64,000 bases of DNA from a virus (taxonomy: Duplodnaviria; Caudoviricetes): the IMG/VR virus record IMGVR_UViG_3300035208_004396. One strand, given 5' to 3'. The notes beneath the pieces are model-generated. The model saw only the letters and a list, made by a program, of their open reading frames with translations. It was not told where the DNA came from and made no database searches. Positions within the stretch are counted from its first letter, which is position 1. Each line of letters begins with the position of its first letter. The position numbers and the translations under genes were made by a program. This document shows positions 58,482 to 64,000 of this stretch, one piece after another.

Positions 58482-60035
58482 ATGAAGTTAGAAAACTTAG
58501 ATTTCACCGATTTTGGTTACTCATATCTCAGCGGTGATGTTTGGCATGATCAATTTATCGATAATTCATCTCGTTTTGTACGAACAGGTTTACCAAAATT
58601 AACAGAAAATTCAAATATAAATGGGGATAATCTTCAAAGCTATTATTCTAGCTTAATCGAGAATGATAAAACTCTTGCTGATAATGCATCGGTGTTCATT
58701 GACATAAACTCAGCTAATAATGATATTTTTGCTCGTAAAATTCATTCTGATTTAACAGACGAAGTTATAAATGCCGTATCTACTGAAAGTTATTATGGTA
58801 ATATCCCTAAAGGAATAGGTGATGTAGCAACAATTCCTATTGCTACAGAACCAAGCGTATTAGCTATGACAGAAGATGTTTATAACTCATTTGAAACTAA
58901 TTCGGGTAGATTATATAAAGCTAAACCTTATTGGTCTAAATCTTCACCATTTCAATATAAATTTGGAACTTTTAATACAACAGAAATCAATTTTCCAAAA
59001 GATAAAGTTAAAATAGGGCATATCGATATTCCAGCTACTAATTCGACGGAATTAGTACAAATCGTAGGGACAGGTCTAATAGAATCTAATCAGAACTCAT
59101 TATCAGGCAATGATAGATTAGATTATAATACGTATCATCGAACTTATGCTCTATATTACGGTGATAAAAAAGTTCAAATCATTGATGTTCCTTATGAATT
59201 ATATAATACTATACCATTAAATATCAACTTTTATATGGTAGGATCGAAAGAAAATCCAATATTAAATGATGATCTTTATTTAACTGTCGAAAATGTAGTT
59301 AAAACTGAATATAAATGGACTGGCAATACTGTAAATAGTTCAGATTATAAGGTCTTAAAAAGATATAAACGTGTTAAAAATGGCGATGATATAACTTATT
59401 ATGATGATGAAACTGAAGTTTCTGCTGATTATCTTATCGAGGATAATGATGTTTTAATTTCTAATTCTGCTAATACTTATTCCGTAACATGGCATTCTCT
59501 TACAGATACTAATAGTATATCGCAAGAAATGGACACATTATCTGTTAGTTTGAATGATATTTCTAAAGTTTTAACAGGTGTAGATCAATCTGGTAATTAT
59601 TGGTCTGCTGATATATCTTGTAAATATGGCGAATCTTATGGTTACACATATCTTTATGGCGGTGAATATTTTGATAGTGTACCTGAAATAAACATGTATT
59701 ATATAAGTTCTACTAATGTAGATCCTGTAGGTATATACGGAAGTAATTATTATTTAAATAGTTCAGTTAATTATCAAATAAGTACAATAGCAACACGAAC
59801 AAGTTATGATAAGCGATTATTTAACAACTGTTATTATGTAAAATCCAGAGATATAGCGTATTATGATGACCGTGAACCTAGTATTTGTTATCTCGAATTA
59901 AGACAGCTTAATCAAGTAGTGGGTTCTGGTGTATCAGATTATATTTATACAGATATAACCGACTCGGCATATTACCAAGTCGGCGGAAAATTGACCGTTT
60001 TATCTGATTTAATAGCTAAATTGAAATATCTTTAA
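58482..60035 (+). CDS. Hypothetical structural-type protein
   Basis: 517 aa, beta-rich; ATAAATA-N5-ATG. Confidence 0.5.
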   Translation: MKLENLDFTDFGYSYLSGDVWHDQFIDNSSRFVRTGLPKLTENSNINGDNLQSYYSSLIENDKTLADNASVFIDINSANNDIFARKIHSDLTDEVINAVSTESYYGNIPKGIGDVATIPIATEPSVLAMTEDVYNSFETNSGRLYKAKPYWSKSSPFQYKFGTFNTTEINFPKDKVKIGHIDIPATNSTELVQIVGTGLIESNQNSLSGNDRLDYNTYHRTYALYYGDKKVQIIDVPYELYNTIPLNINFYMVGSKENPILNDDLYLTVENVVKTEYKWTGNTVNSSDYKVLKRYKRVKNGDDITYYDDETEVSADYLIEDNDVLISNSANTYSVTWHSLTDTNSISQEMDTLSVSLNDISKVLTGVDQSGNYWSADISCKYGESYGYTYLYGGEYFDSVPEINMYYISSTNVDPVGIYGSNYYLNSSVNYQISTIATRTSYDKRLFNNCYYVKSRDIAYYDDREPSICYLELRQLNQVVGSGVSDYIYTDITDSAYYQVGGKLTVLSDLIAKLKYL

Positions 60036-60967
60036 GCTGCGATACTTGTATTTTTTACAATATTGATTATATCAATAATCTTGTTCATAGGATTGAAAGT
60101 AGTCTTGATGAACTTAGTATCGTTGTATTTGGTTTGTTTAGATTCAGTCCTATGAGTAAGAATGTCGGTATAGGCATTGATGATTCCCCAGGCAGAACCC
60201 TTGAAGTTAGCATTGTCATCTTGAGAATAAGCATTTACGAATTCTAGTTTCTTTTCCTCGATATTTTTAATCTGTTTTACATCAGCACTCTGCTTAGTAG
60301 GAAAAATAATGTCCATAACGTGTTCGAATTCAGTTTTATTGAATTTGAGCTGGCTAAACCGTCCTGCAATTTGATTAAGTTCGGTCATGTAATTAGAAAC
60401 TCCCTTGAGCACGATCTTTGCATTTTCAAGATTTCCCATCAGATTCTTAGAATGACGAATCCTGATCGTATTGGCAGTTTCCTTGAAGGCAATGTTGAAC
60501 TGATTCTGACAAACTACTCTAAGAGGAGTAATTGCCGCACTAAGCTGATATTTCCCGTTAAATGAATTCTGAAAGATGACATAAGGAGTAAATTTATCAT
60601 CAAGGATATTGATTTCCGGCAGTTTACCGATAAGATAAATCATTCCAGTATGAGTCAGACCCCCTTTTACGAAAGCGAAATCATCATTCAGGTAATTTGC
60701 AAAAGCAAATGCCTCTGGGTTTTGAATGATTTCGTAATTCTGGCCGGTAATGCCCAGGATCTTATGTTCGCCTGTCTTGTAATTTGCAACCTGAGCTACC
60801 TTTCCATTAACCCTAACTCCATTACCCAGAAACAGATTTTCCTTCGTAACATTGAAATTCAGATTCGAAATAGAAAGAGCTTCTTCTACGATCCCTGTAT
60901 GAAGATCTGTTCCGATGTTAGACCAAGTAGATTCTCTAATCATAATAATCCTTGATGGAATATCCAT
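60032..60967 (-). CDS. DUF932/DUF945-family phage protein
   Basis: LG.....Y.IIQN.EAF, NS.NG......TP.RVVC.N, RH, G.AWG..NA.T; TTGCGA-17-TATATT promoter. Confidence 0.85.
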   Translation of the reverse strand: MDIPSRIIMIRESTWSNIGTDLHTGIVEEALSISNLNFNVTKENLFLGNGVRVNGKVAQVANYKTGEHKILGITGQNYEIIQNPEAFAFANYLNDDFAFVKGGLTHTGMIYLIGKLPEINILDDKFTPYVIFQNSFNGKYQLSAAITPLRVVCQNQFNIAFKETANTIRIRHSKNLMGNLENAKIVLKGVSNYMTELNQIAGRFSQLKFNKTEFEHVMDIIFPTKQSADVKQIKNIEEKKLEFVNAYSQDDNANFKGSAWGIINAYTDILTHRTESKQTKYNDTKFIKTTFNPMNKIIDIINIVKNTSIAA

Positions 60968-61049
60968 CTTTTAAGTTGATATTTCAAATATAAGAACTTT
61001 GATTATGTTTCGCAATAATAAATCATAAAAATATTCAAATATATAAGAT

Positions 61050-62627
61050 ATGGCTACAATAGCAGAAACATTAGCTAATATCAGTAAACGAGATAGTAAT
61101 TCGAATGATAGTAATGTTATGTTTAGATTATATAAAAAAACAGAAGAAATTGCTAAAATACTGTTAATAAATCAAAAAAATAGCAAAACCGAATTCAAAG
61201 AACTCATCGCGATATTGAAGAAAAATGCTAACATAGAGGCTAAAAAAGATAAAGCTAAACCTAAAAAAGAAACTCATACATTGTCCGATTTAGTACCGGC
61301 TATGTCTAAAGTATTAGATGCTTTAACTGTATTCATTGCTAATTGGTCTAATCCGATAGTAGTAGGTGTAGCTTTAGGCTTAGGTGTGGTTGTAGCACTT
61401 GTACCTATACTGTTAATAGTTTATCTGTTAATCATGAATTTCATCGATAATCTACCTGGATTATTAAACAATGTGTTAACGGGCTTAATCGATGCATTAG
61501 GTAATATAATAAGTAAATTCGCTGTTGTTTTAGTAAATACATTCAAAAATGTATTAAGAGATATATTTGGTCCTAATATAGATAAAGTTTTCGATATGAT
61601 AGACAATACATTATTAGCTTTAGCAACTACAGTAACTACTATTTTAACAACAATATCGAATGTTATCACTGGCATATTTAAGACCTTCGAAGGAAAAACA
61701 TTAGGTCAAATTCTAGGTGGTCTAATAAGTGATATGATAACTGGTATTGTTGATGGCATAATAGATGGAATGACTGATCTATTACAAAAATTAGACAGCA
61801 TTATGCCTTTAATAAGCAAAGTTCTAGATGAATTAGCGAATACTATTGCAAATACTATAGGTGGATTCTTCGATAATTTGGGTAAACATGAACCATTTAT
61901 CACAATTGTATCAGTTTTGAAAAGCATGGGCACAGGAATAGACAAAGTATCGGCTGGAATATATGAAATGACTGGAGCTATCAAATCATATTTCGAAGCT
62001 AAGGGAAAAGAAGCTATTGCTACCGCTGGTACAGCAGTTGGTAAAGCTGGCACTTCTATCGGTACGGGAATATCAGATTTAGTTTCTTATTTAAAAAATG
62101 ATAAAAAAGAAAACCCGACAGAAGAAAATGATATGCCAGTCCGGGTTATCAATTTATCCGAATTAACCGGCGATATTTCATTAATACCTACTAAATTAGA
62201 TGAAAATGGTGCTTCTATAAATCACAGTCTAGGTATTTTAGCCTCTATAGCAAACAAGAATTTCAACATCATTCAAGATACTAATACCCAGTTCCATAAG
62301 ACTATATTAGATAGCATGACTAATATGCTAGAATATAGTAAACCAAAAACAACATCGGTAAATGATGTCGGAAATAGATTGGATACTGCATTATCGAATC
62401 TTTTAGGGCATAAAAACACAGTTAATGATACTACTACATCTACGAAAATGTTGAATACTGCTGATGTTAACAAAACTATGTCTGAAAATTTAATCGATAG
62501 CATTAATTCTATTAAAGATATTTCGGATAACATTTTACAATTATTAACTAAGACATTCAATGAAGGTGTAAACACTAAAACTATAACGGAATCCACATTG
62601 AATGGTTATACATTTCCGAGTAGATAA
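61050..62627 (+). CDS. Helical tape-measure/baseplate-hub-like protein with hydrophobic segment
   Basis: Amphipathic repeats, long hydrophobic stretch; ATATATA-N4-ATG. Confidence 0.45.
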   Translation: MATIAETLANISKRDSNSNDSNVMFRLYKKTEEIAKILLINQKNSKTEFKELIAILKKNANIEAKKDKAKPKKETHTLSDLVPAMSKVLDALTVFIANWSNPIVVGVALGLGVVVALVPILLIVYLLIMNFIDNLPGLLNNVLTGLIDALGNIISKFAVVLVNTFKNVLRDIFGPNIDKVFDMIDNTLLALATTVTTILTTISNVITGIFKTFEGKTLGQILGGLISDMITGIVDGIIDGMTDLLQKLDSIMPLISKVLDELANTIANTIGGFFDNLGKHEPFITIVSVLKSMGTGIDKVSAGIYEMTGAIKSYFEAKGKEAIATAGTAVGKAGTSIGTGISDLVSYLKNDKKENPTEENDMPVRVINLSELTGDISLIPTKLDENGASINHSLGILASIANKNFNIIQDTNTQFHKTILDSMTNMLEYSKPKTTSVNDVGNRLDTALSNLLGHKNTVNDTTTSTKMLNTADVNKTMSENLIDSINSIKDISDNILQLLTKTFNEGVNTKTITESTLNGYTFPSR

Positions 62628-63130
62628 TGAGTTCTGTTTTCAATAAGCTTTATTATCAAGGCGAATATGTCCCAGTAAATAAGGACAAATGTATAAATTG
62701 CACTAATTCTAAACTAAAAATACCGTTTTATCGTAGTTCATGGGAATTAAAATTCATGAGGTGGCTAGATAAAAGAATTGATGTTCTTGAATGGGGTTCA
62801 GAATGTCAAATGATAGATTATTATTCAGATCAAGACAATAAGATGCATACTTATTTTCCCGATTTCTATATGAAAGTAAAAGATAAAGATAATGAGATCG
62901 TTAAATATATGATCGAAGTAAAACCCAAATCTCAAAGTCCAAAGTTAGATGAAAATAACAATGTTAAATATCCAAGTTTACCTAAAAACAAAACTAATAA
63001 GAATTTATCACGATGGTCAGAAAAAACAGCTATTTTACATCGAAACAATGAAAAATGGGCAGCAGCAAAACATTATTGCTCTACCCATGCTATGATTTTC
63101 AAAGTATTAAATGAAGATGATCTATTTTGA
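62627..63130 (+). CDS. gp4: Head completion nuclease (gp4, TnsA-like)
   Basis: YRSSWE..FM..LD....W.SE, H.YFPDF, IEVKP..Q, N..KW.AA. Confidence 0.92.
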   Translation: MSSVFNKLYYQGEYVPVNKDKCINCTNSKLKIPFYRSSWELKFMRWLDKRIDVLEWGSECQMIDYYSDQDNKMHTYFPDFYMKVKDKDNEIVKYMIEVKPKSQSPKLDENNNVKYPSLPKNKTNKNLSRWSEKTAILHRNNEKWAAAKHYCSTHAMIFKVLNEDDLF

Positions 63131-63132
63131 TG

Positions 63133-63825
63133 CTAATCTAGGCTATCGGCCAACGCATCTACGTCATTACATATATGGCCATCATCATTGCAATACACTG
63201 GCCTAGATTTGTCATAAATGGTCAACCTGTTTTTCTTTGAATCATATACGGCCGTCTTCTCCTGTGTCATAGGAATACTACAATCACCACACATTGCTGA
63301 AATATACGTATCCCAGTCAATTCCACTGTAATCGAAATCCCACATGAATATTTTTATCTTCTCTGGTGTAAATCCGAATCTAGACTTTACGTTAGCCATT
63401 ATCTCTTGGCATTTTTTAATGGTCACTGGTCCCTTTTGGGTTACAATCCCGATTCCTTTAGTCTCCTTGTGAATATTATCATCTACCATGACATTCCAAG
63501 TCGAACTTTTTTTAGCCCGTTCGAACTTTGCAGCCCAAGCTGCTAGTTCTGTATCTCTACCAATTTTAGCAATCTCTTTTTCGGTCATACCAAGTTCTAT
63601 TGCACGATGGTGCATCATTTTTGCACATTCTATCCAACCCATCAAACTTGCAATATTTGATAATTTAGCTGCTTTTTCTGGTTTTGTTATAGATTTAGCC
63701 AGATGTTCAGGAACACTTTTATTTTTGAAATATTCCGACATATCATCCCAATCTTTATTTACACTGGCTTCATTAATTAACTTATCCATATCCATCTTCA
63801 ATTCTTCTTTTTTGAATAATTTCAT
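63133..63825 (-). CDS. Hypothetical protein
   Basis: GGAGG RBS; LINE motif. Confidence 0.55.
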   Translation of the reverse strand: MKLFKKEELKMDMDKLINEASVNKDWDDMSEYFKNKSVPEHLAKSITKPEKAAKLSNIASLMGWIECAKMMHHRAIELGMTEKEIAKIGRDTELAAWAAKFERAKKSSTWNVMVDDNIHKETKGIGIVTQKGPVTIKKCQEIMANVKSRFGFTPEKIKIFMWDFDYSGIDWDTYISAMCGDCSIPMTQEKTAVYDSKKNRLTIYDKSRPVYCNDDGHICNDVDALADSLD

Positions 63826-64000
63826 TTAATCCTCCCTGAAATATAATATACCATCGGAATAATCTTCCAAACTGAAACCTAATTTATCAATTTTATCGGT
63901 TAATTCGGGTGAAACTGAATCAAATTCAACTGAAAGTTCTTTTTCATCAAGATCAACATAGAAAATAATGATCCACTGACCATATTTCTTAAATATTTTA
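63826..64000 (-). CDS. Partial hypothetical protein (runs off the window end)
   Basis: Open minus-strand frame ending ...DGILYFRED*. Confidence 0.45.
   Translation of the reverse strand, partial: KIFKKYGQWIIIFYVDLDEKELSVEFDSVSPELTDKIDKLGFSLEDYSDGILYFRED

Noticed and set aside
621-63829. Numerous short ORFs nested in or antisense to long genes (e.g. 621, 1626, 2224, 14945, 26445, 45270, 57430, 61421-62596, 63488)
   Set aside because: Overlap confidently assigned genes and show no RBS, promoter or motif support
1-64000. Alternative genetic code (TAG or TGA reassignment)
   Set aside because: Core genes are full length in code 11 and end in TAA, TAG and TGA; only one in-frame stop (TAA) was noticed

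Overview
A 64-kb, AT-rich segment of a large T4-like (contractile-tailed) bacteriophage read in the standard genetic code. It carries recognisable T4 core genes: scaffold and major capsid, tail sheath and tube-like protein, baseplate gp5/gp6/gp27/gp53-like, gp2, gp4, UvsX/UvsY/UvsW, gp41 helicase, gp47, and a type II topoisomerase A subunit. Their order is scrambled relative to T4, and many genes appear to have their own minimal, leaderless promoter (ATA[T/A]ATA-N4-6-ATG or TATATT-N6-7-ATG). The family B DNA polymerase is split into two genes about 45 kb apart on opposite strands, with non-catalytic intein(Hint)-like sequence at the break. The most unusual part is the RNA region at about 30.1-34.6 kb. 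Besides about 14 fairly normal tRNAs it holds: two RNAs resembling the 23S rRNA GTPase-associated (uL11-binding) centre; two copies of a kissing-loop RNA whose loops fully covary; two D-armless tRNA-like RNAs (Ile-UAU, Arg-UCU) with a substitute helix; and several tRNAs with remodelled anticodon loops. Other findings are an unannotated 51-aa ORF copying the capsid N-arm, a duplicated ~170-bp non-coding element, a family of ~80-bp dyad elements, four glycosyltransferase-like genes, and a 756-codon ORF interrupted by one in-frame TAA. All assignments come from reading motifs by eye; no database searches were run.
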